NCBI GenBank assembly: GCA_050186075.1
Contig: JBFWYU010000004.1
Coordinates: 15,337 to 79,336 of the forward strand
DNA from: Bacteroidia bacterium
GTDB lineage: Bacteria; Bacteroidota; Bacteroidia; SXHM01
Direction of reading: 5' to 3'
Length of the DNA stretch: 64,000 bases
Shown in pieces: positions 16,848-27,094 of the stretch. Every line of letters begins with the position of its first letter. Within the stretch, counting starts at the first letter, position 1. The position numbers and the translations under genes are program-made. The notes beneath the pieces were generated by a model. It did no database searches, was not told where the DNA came from, and saw only the letters and a program-made list of their open reading frames with translations.

Positions 16848-19532
16848 TTATTCAAATTCGATCTTTATATCAGTTTCTTCATTTCTATTCTGATTGGCTT
16901 TCACTTTTTTAAGGATCTTTTTCTTCTCCTTTTCAGATTTTCCAACAGTGTCGGGCAGTTCATCCCATTCTATTTTTAGTTCAGCATTTTTCTCCGGTTC
17001 TTTTTGTTTAAACGAAGCAGTGTCTTTTTTAAACCATCCGAATTCCTCATTCAGCAAGGCTTTCATATTCTGATTCTCTTTTTTCATGTCGCTCTTTATT
17101 TTATCACGCACCGATTTACTGTCGTAAGTAATTTTGAAATTGCTTGCTGTTCCTTTCATGGTAAGATAAAGCGAAGTTTTTCCGCGACCATCATCTTCCA
17201 GATAACTGAATTCTTCATTTTCTTTCTTTGCTTTACGAGCCTTGTTACCTAAAATGTCAGACAAGAAAACACGGAAATGATATTCAATTTCATTATCAAA
17301 ACTATGTGTTCCCGAAACGTCCAAATCTAAAGCAGACGACTGAATTTTCATCAGAGGAATATTTACTTTACGGTCTTTAATAGTGATGTTATTGCTTAGC
17401 GTAGCAAATTTTACATGGTTCAGGTCATCTACCTTAATAAATTCAGAAAGCTCTTCAAGTGGTTTGAAATTTACTATCTCACCCTTGCTGATAGCGAGGT
17501 TGCTGCTTACCACTAATTTCGGCAGATCCATTTTCAAGCCGTCAGTTAACACACCTGTAAGATTAATGCTGGCACTTGCATTTCCCCTGAGATTTTCATC
17601 TGTAATAAATTCCTGTCCGAAATTTTCGCAATCATGAAATAATTGCTGAACATCAATATTTGACAATGACGCATTGCAAATAATATCAAAGTGCTGAGCC
17701 GGATTTTGCACCAGTGAAAGATCAGCAGTAGCTGTTCCTCCAACACTTTTAAATGACAGATCGCTTGCCGTGAAATATCCGTCTTTCAATTTTAGAACAC
17801 CACGTATATCCTGCGCTGAGAATTTTCTGAATTTCAATTCCTGTGCCGAAAGCATAAGGTCAAATGCAAGATTGGGGGACAACTTGAGATGATATTCATC
17901 ATCAGAAACAAGTGGTGCATCACTTGCATTTCCTTCCTCCAGCAATTGATCAAGGTTAATGAGTTTTGATTTCGCGCTAGCGTTAATGTATAACTGCTGA
18001 TCCGGCAAAAGAATATATTGCAAAATGTTTCTGAAGTAGCCGGTGAGCGCAAAATCAGTTCCTGAAATTACGCCTTTGAAATTTTCAATTTTCAGTTCAT
18101 TGTTGTAAAAATCGAAATCACCGTTTAGTTCTTTAAAGGTTCTTTTACTCCCTTTCAATTTAAATAATGCATCGCGCAGAGCAACATTTCCGGAAGTAGT
18201 AGCACGGCTGATCTCAGCAGCAGTAATATTTTCTATATCACTGAACGAAGCACGGAAAGAAGCATTAAGCGTGGTGTTGCCCGAAATTTCTTCTAATGTA
18301 TCCAATTTTAAAAAACGTGCTAATTTTTCAAGATCAAATTCTGCATCTAAAGTAGTCTGGACATCGGGATGCAAAAAGTTACGGATGCTGAAAGCCCCGC
18401 TCAATCTACCTTCGGCAAGTGATGCATGAAAAGAAGAAACACTCAATGTTGCTGTTTCCGTTTTGCGAATATCCTTCATCACATAATTTCCTTTTACACT
18501 TACTTCTTTCAGCGAAATACCGGAAGGCTTATGAGTGATATCTCCTTTTTCAATTCCAAAATCGGCATTCAGCGAGGGTGAATTTCCTTCCGTTGTTTTG
18601 CCTTTATAATTCGCTTTAAAATAAAGACCTCCATCACTGCTATAATCAGCCAGTTTTTTCGCAGCATCTTCGGGAAGCAAAGAAATTATTTCGCTGACAT
18701 CAAAGTTTTTACCCTCAATAAAAAGATCGGTTTCGCCTCCTGCACGGGCAGAACAAACGCTTCCTGTCAAAATAACCTCCATCTGCGCTACGGTTACATC
18801 TCCTTTCTCAAACGTATAAATTCCTTGTTCGGAATTTACATTCATCACTAATTCAATTCCCAGTTTTTTATCTCGCAGAATTTCTTTCTTGGTCTGTTCA
18901 AAGGCATACAACTGTCCCTTACTTACAATGTCAAGGCTGAATTCCTTCTCTGAAAAATCTCCTTTCAGTTTTATTTTTTCCTGGTAAGAAGAAATGTTCT
19001 GACCCAATGCATCATCACGGTAATATAGTCGTGCATCACGAAACTTTACTTCATTTAATGCCAATGAAAAAGGAGATGAGGCTGTATCTTTTCGTGTTTT
19101 AAAAATTTCATAGTTGCCTTTCCCTTCTTTGTCTCGCACTATTTTTACCACACCATGCTCAGCTGCTATTTTTTTGATGTTGTAATTCTTATTTATGATG
19201 TCAAGCACATTAAATCCAAGATACACTTCGCGGAAATAAAACAAAGTGTCCTTTTTAACTTGTGTTGATACTTCGCGAACAAATACCTCATTAAGTTCTA
19301 AAGAAACATAAGGAAATTGCTGAAACAACGTAAGGTCAACTTTATCACTAATACTAACCGGTGTCAGCAATTCCTTGTTTACTTCAGCCAGCACATAGTC
19401 TTTAATTTTGTCGCGGTAAAGAGTAGCTAAAACCACGCTTGTCAAGGGAATCAGAACAACAAGCGAAAGCAAAACAATAAGTATTGTTTTGAGAATATTA
19501 AATCGTTTTGGCTGTTCCTGTACTTCTTCCAT
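16848..19532 (-). CDS. AsmA-family / TamB-like large envelope protein (N-terminal TM anchor)
   Basis: 894 aa. N-terminal TM (ILKTILIVLLSLVVLIPLTSVVLATL), long beta-rich body. K/E-rich C-terminus is low complexity. Confidence 0.55.
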   Translation of the reverse strand: MEEVQEQPKRFNILKTILIVLLSLVVLIPLTSVVLATLYRDKIKDYVLAEVNKELLTPVSISDKVDLTLFQQFPYVSLELNEVFVREVSTQVKKDTLFYFREVYLGFNVLDIINKNYNIKKIAAEHGVVKIVRDKEGKGNYEIFKTRKDTASSPFSLALNEVKFRDARLYYRDDALGQNISSYQEKIKLKGDFSEKEFSLDIVSKGQLYAFEQTKKEILRDKKLGIELVMNVNSEQGIYTFEKGDVTVAQMEVILTGSVCSARAGGETDLFIEGKNFDVSEIISLLPEDAAKKLADYSSDGGLYFKANYKGKTTEGNSPSLNADFGIEKGDITHKPSGISLKEVSVKGNYVMKDIRKTETATLSVSSFHASLAEGRLSGAFSIRNFLHPDVQTTLDAEFDLEKLARFLKLDTLEEISGNTTLNASFRASFSDIENITAAEISRATTSGNVALRDALFKLKGSKRTFKELNGDFDFYNNELKIENFKGVISGTDFALTGYFRNILQYILLPDQQLYINASAKSKLINLDQLLEEGNASDAPLVSDDEYHLKLSPNLAFDLMLSAQELKFRKFSAQDIRGVLKLKDGYFTASDLSFKSVGGTATADLSLVQNPAQHFDIICNASLSNIDVQQLFHDCENFGQEFITDENLRGNASASINLTGVLTDGLKMDLPKLVVSSNLAISKGEIVNFKPLEELSEFIKVDDLNHVKFATLSNNITIKDRKVNIPLMKIQSSALDLDVSGTHSFDNEIEYHFRVFLSDILGNKARKAKKENEEFSYLEDDGRGKTSLYLTMKGTASNFKITYDSKSVRDKIKSDMKKENQNMKALLNEEFGWFKKDTASFKQKEPEKNAELKIEWDELPDTVGKSEKEKKKILKKVKANQNRNEETDIKIEFE

Positions 19533-19613
19533 AGTTTAAAAGCGCTGTAAAGCTATTAACGTAAATCCAGAATAAAAATTGTTTTAGTTTTGAAGGCATT
19601 AAATCTAAATTCT

Positions 19614-20165
19614 ATGGCCGAAACAGGAATTCTTAAAAAAGGCAAAACAGCCTTTATCATAATTGATGTTCAGGAACGGTTAATGCCCGTTATCTTTAAT
19701 AACACTGAAGTTTTTGAAAATGTGAACCGCCTGATAGAAGGTTCAAAAATTTTGGATGTTCCGCTTCTTATAACTGAACAATATCCGAAAGGATTAGGAA
19801 AAACCTGTGCAGAAGTAAATATTCCCGCAGGACAAGAGGTGATTGAGAAAGTATGTTTCTCGTGTTTGCTTTCTGATCCTGTGAATGAAAAACTGAAAAC
19901 TCTGGGAATTGAACAGGTTGTTCTTGCAGGTGTTGAAAGTCATATCTGTGTTTTAAAAACTGCGCTGGATGCATTGAACAGCGGTTTACAGGTTCATGTG
20001 GTTGCCGATGCGGTTTCGTCACGAAAAGAATACAGCAAACAAATTGCTCTAGAACGCATGCGACAAGCAGGTGCTTTTATTACCACTACTGAAATGGTTC
20101 TTTTTCAATTGATGGATGCAGCAGGAACCGAAGAATTCAAACAAATCAGCAAATTAATACGATAA
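19614..20165 (+). CDS. Isochorismatase-family hydrolase
   Basis: AFIIIDVQERLMP..., VVLAGVESHICVLKTALDAL; cysteine hydrolase fold motifs. Annotated ORF starts at TTG 19590; ATG 19614 preferred. Confidence 0.75.
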   Translation: MAETGILKKGKTAFIIIDVQERLMPVIFNNTEVFENVNRLIEGSKILDVPLLITEQYPKGLGKTCAEVNIPAGQEVIEKVCFSCLLSDPVNEKLKTLGIEQVVLAGVESHICVLKTALDALNSGLQVHVVADAVSSRKEYSKQIALERMRQAGAFITTTEMVLFQLMDAAGTEEFKQISKLIR

Positions 20166-20169
20166 GAAC

Positions 20170-21948
20170 ATGAAAGACTATACACGCCTGTTTGACTTGC
20201 TTCCCTATCAGCAGTCAAATCATCCGCAAGCGATTTGTCTTGCGGAAAAAGTAACAGAGAATGGACAAAAGTTCTACAAAGGTTACAGTACGCAGGAGTG
20301 TATCAACATCATTAATCAACTGAGCAAAGCGCTGCTGAAACTGGGTGTTAAGCCAAATGATAAAATAGGATTGATATCCAACAATCGTCCGCAATGGAAC
20401 TTTGTTGATTTGGCTGCACAGCAAATAGGAGCTATTAATGTACCTGTTTATCCTACTATTACAGAGAGCGAATACAAGTTTATTTTCAACGATGCTGAGA
20501 TTGTTTACTGCTTTGTTTCAGATGCTGATTTGTATGCAAAAATTCAAAGCATAAAATCCGATATTCCTTCACTGAAAGATGTTTTTACTTTTAATGAAGT
20601 TGCCGGGGCAAAGAACTGGAAAACATTGCTGGAAGAAGTAAGTGCGGACGACCTGAAGCAAATTGAAACGCTGAAAGCAGCTATAAAACCAAATGATCTT
20701 GCTACCATTATTTATACTTCGGGTACAACAGGAAATCCCAAAGGGGTAATGCTTTCGCATAACAACATCATCAGCAATATCAAATCAACACTTTCTATTC
20801 AGCAGATGATGGTGGCGGGTAAACGAAGCCTGAGTTTTCTTCCGCTCTGCCATAGTTTTGAGCGCATGGTGGTTTATACATATTTCGCTGTAGGCATGTC
20901 GGTTTACTATGCCGAAACACTGGAAACTATTGGCGAAAATCTGAAGGAAGTAAAGCCGCATTTCTTTACCACTGTTCCCCGTTTACTTGAAAAAGTGTAT
21001 GAAAAAATAATGGAGAAGGGTAATGCGTTAGAAGGTTTCCGCAAGAAGTTATTTTTCTGGAGCATTGATTTAGGCTTACGGTTTGAACTGAATAAATTTC
21101 AGGGAATATCTTACACGCTTCAGCTTGCCATTGCACGCAAATTAGTTTTCTCGAAATGGAAAGAGGCACTGGGCGGAGAAGTGGAAGCTCTTGTAAGCGG
21201 TGCTGCTGCATTGAATGCAAAACTGGGAACATTGTTTACCGGAGCAGGAATTCCAATTATTGAAGGTTACGGATTAACGGAAACTTCGCCTGTGCTTACC
21301 TCCAACCGCTTGGAAGAAAAGGACCGAAAACTGGGAACGATTGGTATTCCTATTCCCGGTGTGGAAATAAAAATTGCTGAAGACGGTGAGATACTTGCCA
21401 AAGGTCCCAACATCATGTTGGGATATTACAAACGCCCTGATTTAACGGCCGAAGTAATAGATAAAGATGGCTGGTTTCACACCGGTGATATAGGAGTGTA
21501 TGAGGGAAAGTTTTTAAAAATAACCGACCGCAAAAAAGAACTTTTTAAAACATCGGGCGGAAAATATGTTGCACCGCAACCGATTGAAAACAAAATGAAA
21601 GAATCGCCACTGATTGAACAGGTAATGGTAGTCGGCAGTGAACGCAAATTTGTTTCAGGACTAATTGTGCCCTCGTTTGTGAATCTGGAAGGATGGTGCA
21701 AAAACAACAATGTTATTTTTCCGGGTAATGCGGGAGTAATACGAATTCCGGAAGTAATAGAAGCTATTCAGAAAGAAGTGGAACGCATTAATCAGGATAT
21801 TAACCATGTGGAGCAGATAAAGAAATTCACTTTACTGCCTGCCGAATGGGGTGTTGCAACCGGAGAACTCACTCCAACCATGAAACTGAAACGAAAAGTA
21901 ATTCTGGAAAAATTCAGTACGGAGATTGAAGCGATGTATAAAGAATAA
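20170..21948 (+). CDS. AMP-dependent synthetase / long-chain acyl-CoA ligase
   Basis: AMP-binding motif IIYTSGTTGNPKGVMLSH, GYGLTETSP, TGDIG...DRKKELFKTSGGKYVAP. Confidence 0.85.
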   Translation: MKDYTRLFDLLPYQQSNHPQAICLAEKVTENGQKFYKGYSTQECINIINQLSKALLKLGVKPNDKIGLISNNRPQWNFVDLAAQQIGAINVPVYPTITESEYKFIFNDAEIVYCFVSDADLYAKIQSIKSDIPSLKDVFTFNEVAGAKNWKTLLEEVSADDLKQIETLKAAIKPNDLATIIYTSGTTGNPKGVMLSHNNIISNIKSTLSIQQMMVAGKRSLSFLPLCHSFERMVVYTYFAVGMSVYYAETLETIGENLKEVKPHFFTTVPRLLEKVYEKIMEKGNALEGFRKKLFFWSIDLGLRFELNKFQGISYTLQLAIARKLVFSKWKEALGGEVEALVSGAAALNAKLGTLFTGAGIPIIEGYGLTETSPVLTSNRLEEKDRKLGTIGIPIPGVEIKIAEDGEILAKGPNIMLGYYKRPDLTAEVIDKDGWFHTGDIGVYEGKFLKITDRKKELFKTSGGKYVAPQPIENKMKESPLIEQVMVVGSERKFVSGLIVPSFVNLEGWCKNNNVIFPGNAGVIRIPEVIEAIQKEVERINQDINHVEQIKKFTLLPAEWGVATGELTPTMKLKRKVILEKFSTEIEAMYKE

Positions 21949-21949
21949 T

Positions 21950-22640
21950 CTACCGGATTTTATCACAAAAGAACAACACAAAGTCCGAAGGACTTAAATA
22001 TGAATAACCCCGAATGCAATTCGGGAAAAAAAGCGGAGTTAACAACAACTCTAAAGGAGTTGAATAAAACAGTATGAGTACTTATACCCAAATAGTATAT
22101 CAAATAGTTTTCAGCACTAAGAACCGTGAACATACTCTTAAACCTGAAAGCAATAAAGATTTATACAAATACATTTGGGGTATATTAAAAAACAAAAAAT
22201 GTCATTTGTATCAGATAGGTGGTGTTGCTGACCATATTCATATTATAACTCATTTACATCCCTCCATAGCGCTTTCATCCTTGATTAAAGACATAAAACT
22301 GGCAAGTTCAGAGCACATAAAAAGTCATAATTTATTTCAAAACTTTTCAGGCTGGCAGGAAGGGTACGGAGCATTTACATATTCTATTAAAGATAAAGAC
22401 CGATTAATAGAATATGTAAAAAATCAGGAAGAACATCATCGAATAAAAACATTCAGAGAGGAGTATGTTGAATTGCTTAATGAGCATGGGATTGCATTCG
22501 ATGAGAAATTTCTTTTGTAATAACAATTCAACCACGTTGTGGTTGTTTTATATCTGCGTCATATAACCCCTGATTTCATCAGGGGTTATTCAAATTAAAT
22601 CCCTTCGGGATTTTTATAGAAGCTAGGCAGGATATTCTCT
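21950..22640 (+). mobile_element. Putative IS200/IS605-family element (tnpA only) with hairpin-rich ends
   Basis: Y1 transposase gene flanked upstream by hairpins (agtccgaaggact; cccgaatgcaattcggg) and downstream by three hairpins (caaccacgttgtggttg; ataacccctgatttcatcaggggttat; aaatcccttcgggattt). Exact ends not determinable from one copy. Confidence 0.4.
22074..22520 (+). CDS. tnpA: IS200/IS605-family Y1 (HUH) transposase TnpA, possibly a REP-associated tyrosine transposase (RAYT)
   Basis: 148 aa. HUH motif ADHIHIITHL; C-terminal catalytic Tyr context EYVKNQEEHH; size typical of TnpA_IS200. Confidence 0.7.
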   Translation: MSTYTQIVYQIVFSTKNREHTLKPESNKDLYKYIWGILKNKKCHLYQIGGVADHIHIITHLHPSIALSSLIKDIKLASSEHIKSHNLFQNFSGWQEGYGAFTYSIKDKDRLIEYVKNQEEHHRIKTFREEYVELLNEHGIAFDEKFLL

Positions 22641-22708
22641 AAAAGAGCACTAAAATTAATTCACATCAGAATCCCCTTATTCGTAATTTCGCACAGAATT
22701 TCCTCTCT

Positions 22709-23272
22709 GTGCTTATTACTCATCCTAAACTAACCAAACTTCTTCAACAGGCATACTCTGCTGAAAAAGCTGCTGCTTTTGCTTATCAGGGACATGCCGG
22801 TTCATTAAAAAGTAAAGAAGAAAAAGTTCCGGTTCGTCAGATTGAACTGGATGAATGGAAACACCGCGAAGAAGTATTGAAAATTATGAAACAGTACCAT
22901 ATTCCTGTTTCAAAGAAATATGAAGTTCAGTTTCATGTTATCGGCAAAACCATTTCGTTCAGTTGCTATGTTATCGGTTGGTTTATGCCTTATTATTTTG
23001 CAGGAAGACTGGAAAGCGGAAACGTGTGTGAGTATTTTGTGATGATCCATTATTTCCATGAATTAGGTATTTACGAGCATGACCAGATTTTATACGAAAT
23101 GGCTATCAAGGAAAAAGAACACGAGGTGTTTTTTCTTGAAAAAGTAAAAGGAAGTAAGTTGTTGCCTTTCTTTGAAAAGCTTTTTAACTGGGGAAAGAAA
23201 AGCAGTTTTAATGATGTTGATCTGGAAAACAAATTTCCGGTAGAACAATCGGATAATTATTGCAAGAGGTAA
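22709..23272 (+). CDS. Hypothetical ferritin-like (diiron-carboxylate) protein
   Basis: Two E-x-x-H motifs (ELDEWKHREE; EKEHEVFF) about 90 residues apart, with an intervening hydrophobic segment; no closer family assignment possible. Confidence 0.35.
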   Translation: MLITHPKLTKLLQQAYSAEKAAAFAYQGHAGSLKSKEEKVPVRQIELDEWKHREEVLKIMKQYHIPVSKKYEVQFHVIGKTISFSCYVIGWFMPYYFAGRLESGNVCEYFVMIHYFHELGIYEHDQILYEMAIKEKEHEVFFLEKVKGSKLLPFFEKLFNWGKKSSFNDVDLENKFPVEQSDNYCKR

Positions 23273-23275
23273 TTT

Positions 23276-24154
23276 TTAGTTTCTCTTATCTGCGCCCCAC
23301 ATCATTTTGTTGCGCAGGGTGCTGATGAAATTATCACCGGGAAAGCGCACCAGACCTAAGGTAAATACAGCACGAGAAATCTGAAGTTCAAATGAACTTG
23401 GTAAAGTAACCGAACGCGAATCTAATGTTGCAAGAAAGTTTTCGCTACGGCTTTCTACTTTTAATTTTATTTTGCTTTTGTTAGAGATAACAAATGGACG
23501 CACCGTTAATCCATGCGGAGCAATGGGTGTAATAACAAAGTTACCACAACCGGGACTTAGAATTGGTCCTCCGCAACTCAATGAATAACCTGTTGAACCT
23601 GTTGATGTAGCTATAATTAATCCATCGGCCCAATAGGAGTTTACAAACTCATCATCTACCCAGGTATGAATGGTGATCATGCTGGAGGTGTCTTTTTTGG
23701 TAACGGTTATTTCATTAAGCGCAAAATTATTTTCACCGAAATAATCTGTTCCGTTTATAAAGCTTACCAGGGTGCGTTGCTCAATGGAATACTTTTTTTC
23801 AAAAATACTTTGCAAAGCCTGTTTTATATTTTCCTGCGAAACACCGGAAAGAAATCCTAATCTTCCGGTATTGATACCCAGAACAGGAATTCCTGAACTG
23901 CCTACCAATAAAGCACTTTGCAACAATGTTCCGTCACCTCCAATGGAAAAGAGAAAATCTACTTTGCCTTCAATTTCTTCTTTTGTTTCAAAGATTTTTG
24001 CAGCAGCAAGATCAGAAATTTCAGTTGGTAATTGCTGATGAAACTCACGGTGAATAAAAATATGAACATTGTTTTTTTTCAGTGTTTTCAGCAATTCTGA
24101 AAAGCCTGAGAAAAAATCGGAGTTGTATTTTTTGCCGTAGATAGCAATGTTCAT
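23276..24154 (-). CDS. nadK: NAD+ kinase
   Basis: GGDGTLL motif (FSIGGDGTLLQSALLV), NEITV, DGLIIATSTGSTGYSLSCGGPI. Confidence 0.9.
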   Translation of the reverse strand: MNIAIYGKKYNSDFFSGFSELLKTLKKNNVHIFIHREFHQQLPTEISDLAAAKIFETKEEIEGKVDFLFSIGGDGTLLQSALLVGSSGIPVLGINTGRLGFLSGVSQENIKQALQSIFEKKYSIEQRTLVSFINGTDYFGENNFALNEITVTKKDTSSMITIHTWVDDEFVNSYWADGLIIATSTGSTGYSLSCGGPILSPGCGNFVITPIAPHGLTVRPFVISNKSKIKLKVESRSENFLATLDSRSVTLPSSFELQISRAVFTLGLVRFPGDNFISTLRNKMMWGADKRN

Positions 24155-24169
24155 GTGCCAAAGATAATA

Positions 24170-25600
24170 CTATGCCTGAAACTTGCTTTTCAGCCATTTG
24201 TTGTAATTGATAACATCGGTATCGCTGCTGGTTTGCTGTTCTTCTTTCAGAAATTGAGTAACCAGCTCGTTCAGCTTTTTATTCTTTTTAGAAATACCGT
24301 TCAGTGCCACATAGCGGATAATCTCCATCAGCTTCAGTTCGCGGTTGTTTTCTTCGTTCTGCAACAGGTCTTTGTATTCCTTCTTAATCTGTGTGGTGCG
24401 GTAATCCAGAAACTCCATGTCATCCAGTTCAAGACGGATAATCAGTTCGGCAATGGCAATGCGGAAACGCAAGGAGCGATCGGCATTCTGATAACTCTTG
24501 TGCAGAAAAAGTTTGTTCAGGTTTTTTATTGAGTTTCGGAAATCACCTTTCTCGAAACGGAAGATGGCAAGATTGAGGTAAACAAACACTTCGTAGAACG
24601 GTGTGTTTTTCAGTTGCTCGTTATTCTCTAATTGTTCCAGTATTTCAATGGCTTTATCAATATCAATTTTAGAGTAATTAATAACCAATGAATTGTAGTA
24701 GAAGAACAAATACTTATCGTAATGAAGCCTACCAAACTCTTCCATTGCAGCTTTCAGCTTTTCGGCATAGGCAAGGCTTTCCTGAATTTTTCCATTTTTA
24801 AACAAAGTGTTTACGCTGTAGGTAAGCATCTGCAACTTGGTAAGGTGATTTCCTTTGTTGAACAGATGTTCTTCCGAGAACTGGTTATACGTTGTTAAAA
24901 GATAATCTTCCAGGTTTTTATAATCATGGCGCTGCAACAATACCTGACTAACGGCCTGGTAAATTTTAAAACGCAGTGCAGGGCTTTTCTTCAATTCACT
25001 ATCGTGCGAAAAATCATCTACTGTTTTGCTGAGCATTTCAACAACGGGGTTTTCGCCCGGTGAAAAATTCTGTGTTATTTTCAGTTTGTATTTTACTGCT
25101 GCCAGTACATCGTCTATCTGACGAATGTCGTGCAGCCGCACACTGTTTTCTTTGCGCAACTTAATATAGGTTTCGGGATTAATGGAAACCATTTCGTGCG
25201 ATAGCTTGATGTACTCACTGTAAATAATATCCAGCAACTCGTAGTTCTCCTGTTCGCTTGCTTTTTTCTCGGCTTTGCGGATAAAGTGATAGGCAACAGG
25301 ATAATTGTTGCGGTTGAAAAACAAATAGGCCAGTGAAATTAACTGAAGGGTGTTAGCAGCTTCGTCTTCGCCAAAGTGTTGCAGCATCAGGCTTTTGTTT
25401 ACCTCTTCGGTAAGGCGGTTCTTTAAGCGATAGAACGAATTCTTTTCGCCATCAGGATAAAGCTTCAGCGCTGCTTTATCTTCATCATAGTCTTCGCCTT
25501 TTTTGCGGATGTAATCAAAGAGCACTACATCTTTTCGGTTGCCTTCGGAGGTATTGCGCGAAATATAGATTTTGAAGAACCGAAGTTCTTCTTTTGTCAT
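24170..25600 (-). CDS. Hypothetical alpha-helical (TPR-like) protein
   Basis: Long helical repeat-like protein upstream of nadK on the same strand. Annotated ORF extends to TTG 25654; first ATG (MTKEELRFFK) at 25600 used. Confidence 0.45.
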   Translation of the reverse strand: MTKEELRFFKIYISRNTSEGNRKDVVLFDYIRKKGEDYDEDKAALKLYPDGEKNSFYRLKNRLTEEVNKSLMLQHFGEDEAANTLQLISLAYLFFNRNNYPVAYHFIRKAEKKASEQENYELLDIIYSEYIKLSHEMVSINPETYIKLRKENSVRLHDIRQIDDVLAAVKYKLKITQNFSPGENPVVEMLSKTVDDFSHDSELKKSPALRFKIYQAVSQVLLQRHDYKNLEDYLLTTYNQFSEEHLFNKGNHLTKLQMLTYSVNTLFKNGKIQESLAYAEKLKAAMEEFGRLHYDKYLFFYYNSLVINYSKIDIDKAIEILEQLENNEQLKNTPFYEVFVYLNLAIFRFEKGDFRNSIKNLNKLFLHKSYQNADRSLRFRIAIAELIIRLELDDMEFLDYRTTQIKKEYKDLLQNEENNRELKLMEIIRYVALNGISKKNKKLNELVTQFLKEEQQTSSDTDVINYNKWLKSKFQA

Positions 25601-25811
25601 ACTCTGGATAATGCGGTTAATAATGTCCACGGGGCTAAGATATAAAGAAAGCAAACTATTTTGCCTGCCTTATGGGTTCAAAACACAGTGTAATGTATCT
25701 TCTCTATCTGTGAATTATGTAAATCACAGGTAGTATTCTGTAACATCAACCTAAATTAATGGCCTCACCTTTGCATGTTCATTATTCAGTATTCACATAA
25801 AAAAAATAATC

Positions 25812-26606
25812 ATGAAAACTCAACCAAATAAAAAAAGTAAAATTTCTTTTATAAAGAGCATGTTCTATGTAACAGTTGCCGGAATGGTCAGCTTGCTATT
25901 GCCTGCCTGTTCTAAAGAAGATGTAAAAGATAAAGCCCACATGTCGGTGCGCATGACTGATGCTCCCGCCAATTATGATGCGGTTCTTATAGATGTGCAG
26001 AATGTAGAAATAAAAACCGATGGCGGTGATATTATGCTGAATGTTAATGCAGGTATATACAACCTGCTTGATTTTTCAAACGGGTTAGATACACTTATTG
26101 CTTCGGGAGATCTGGATGCAGGAACAGTATCGCAAATAAGACTGATACTGGGGTCAAACAACACAGTGGTTGTGGATAATGTTCCCCACCCATTGGCTAC
26201 ACCCAGTGCTGAACAATCAGGATTAAAGATACAGGTTCATAAAACGCTGGAGCCCGGTGTTTCTTATGCTATATTACTTGACTTTGATGCTAATGAATCA
26301 ATTGTTTTGCAAGGTAATGGTGAGTATAAACTGAAACCTGTTATCAGAACCGTTGATGTTTCATTAAACGGTTCTGTAAGAGGAAGCATAGCTCCGGCCG
26401 GAGTTGCAGCCGTTATAACAGTAACTGATGGTGTTAACTCTTATACTTCTGTAGCCAATGCAAACGGTGACTTTTTAGTGGCCGGTATTCCTGCGGGAAA
26501 TTATGATGTAGAAATTACTCCGGCTCTTCCATTCTTGCCGGTTACTGTATCGGGTGTAACTGTTTCGGTGGGAGGTTCAACTCAAATAGGGCTTATAACT
26601 CTGTAA
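25812..26606 (+). CDS. Lipoprotein, DUF4382-like (carboxypeptidase-regulatory-like C-terminal domain)
   Basis: Signal peptide and lipobox (LLLPACSKE). C-terminal GSVRGSIAPAG...DGVNSYTSVANANGDFLVAGIPAGNYDVEI beta-sandwich motif. Confidence 0.5.
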   Translation: MKTQPNKKSKISFIKSMFYVTVAGMVSLLLPACSKEDVKDKAHMSVRMTDAPANYDAVLIDVQNVEIKTDGGDIMLNVNAGIYNLLDFSNGLDTLIASGDLDAGTVSQIRLILGSNNTVVVDNVPHPLATPSAEQSGLKIQVHKTLEPGVSYAILLDFDANESIVLQGNGEYKLKPVIRTVDVSLNGSVRGSIAPAGVAAVITVTDGVNSYTSVANANGDFLVAGIPAGNYDVEITPALPFLPVTVSGVTVSVGGSTQIGLITL

Positions 26607-26640
26607 GTTATTTTTGAGCTATAACAGTTTATTATTTTTT

Positions 26641-26676
26641 AAATAACAATGCCCCTTAAACGGGGCATTGTTATTT
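26641..26676. terminator. Bidirectional rho-independent terminator (perfect 15-bp stem)
   Basis: aaataacaatgcccc-ttaaac-ggggcattgttattt flanked by a T-run upstream and A-run downstream; between convergent genes. Confidence 0.75.
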
Positions 26677-26725
26677 AAAAGAGTTTTAACTCATCAGCGT
26701 AACAACCTTTAGTGCTGCACTCTGC

Positions 26726-27022
26726 TTATTCAATAAGAAACACCTCGCGTTTGCCGCCTTCAACAAGCTCGGTATAACCTTTCATGATTTCCTGCAGTTC
26801 GGGAGTGGCTGTTGAACCGCGCAGGTCCGAAAAATAAGCACCCATGTCTTCTACTTCGTATTCCATCACTACAGTCCAGTAGGTGCTTACGGCATCGGTC
26901 ATTATTTTATAGTTTTTACCGCCTTCTGTTTTTTCGAAATGCGGGATGGCTTGCTTGAATTTTTTTACCAGCTCCTTTGCTTTTCCGGGTTTGGCATTAA
27001 ATAGTTCACGGATAAGATACAT
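26726..27022 (-). CDS. Hypothetical small protein (alpha+beta barrel-like)
   Basis: 98 aa ORF; no confident family assignment. Confidence 0.4.
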   Translation of the reverse strand: MYLIRELFNAKPGKAKELVKKFKQAIPHFEKTEGGKNYKIMTDAVSTYWTVVMEYEVEDMGAYFSDLRGSTATPELQEIMKGYTELVEGGKREVFLIE

Positions 27023-27094
27023 GGGGTTTATGTTTTAAGGTTTAAACAAAAATAATGCTTTTCTATCCGCTAAACGGATGACACTACTATTTCT

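Noticed and set aside
22709-23272. Assignment of the ferritin-like ORF to COQ7/demethoxyubiquinone hydroxylase
   Set aside because: Only two ExxH motifs are visible and the spacing and intervening hydrophobic segment do not clearly fit COQ7. Left as generic ferritin-like at low confidence.
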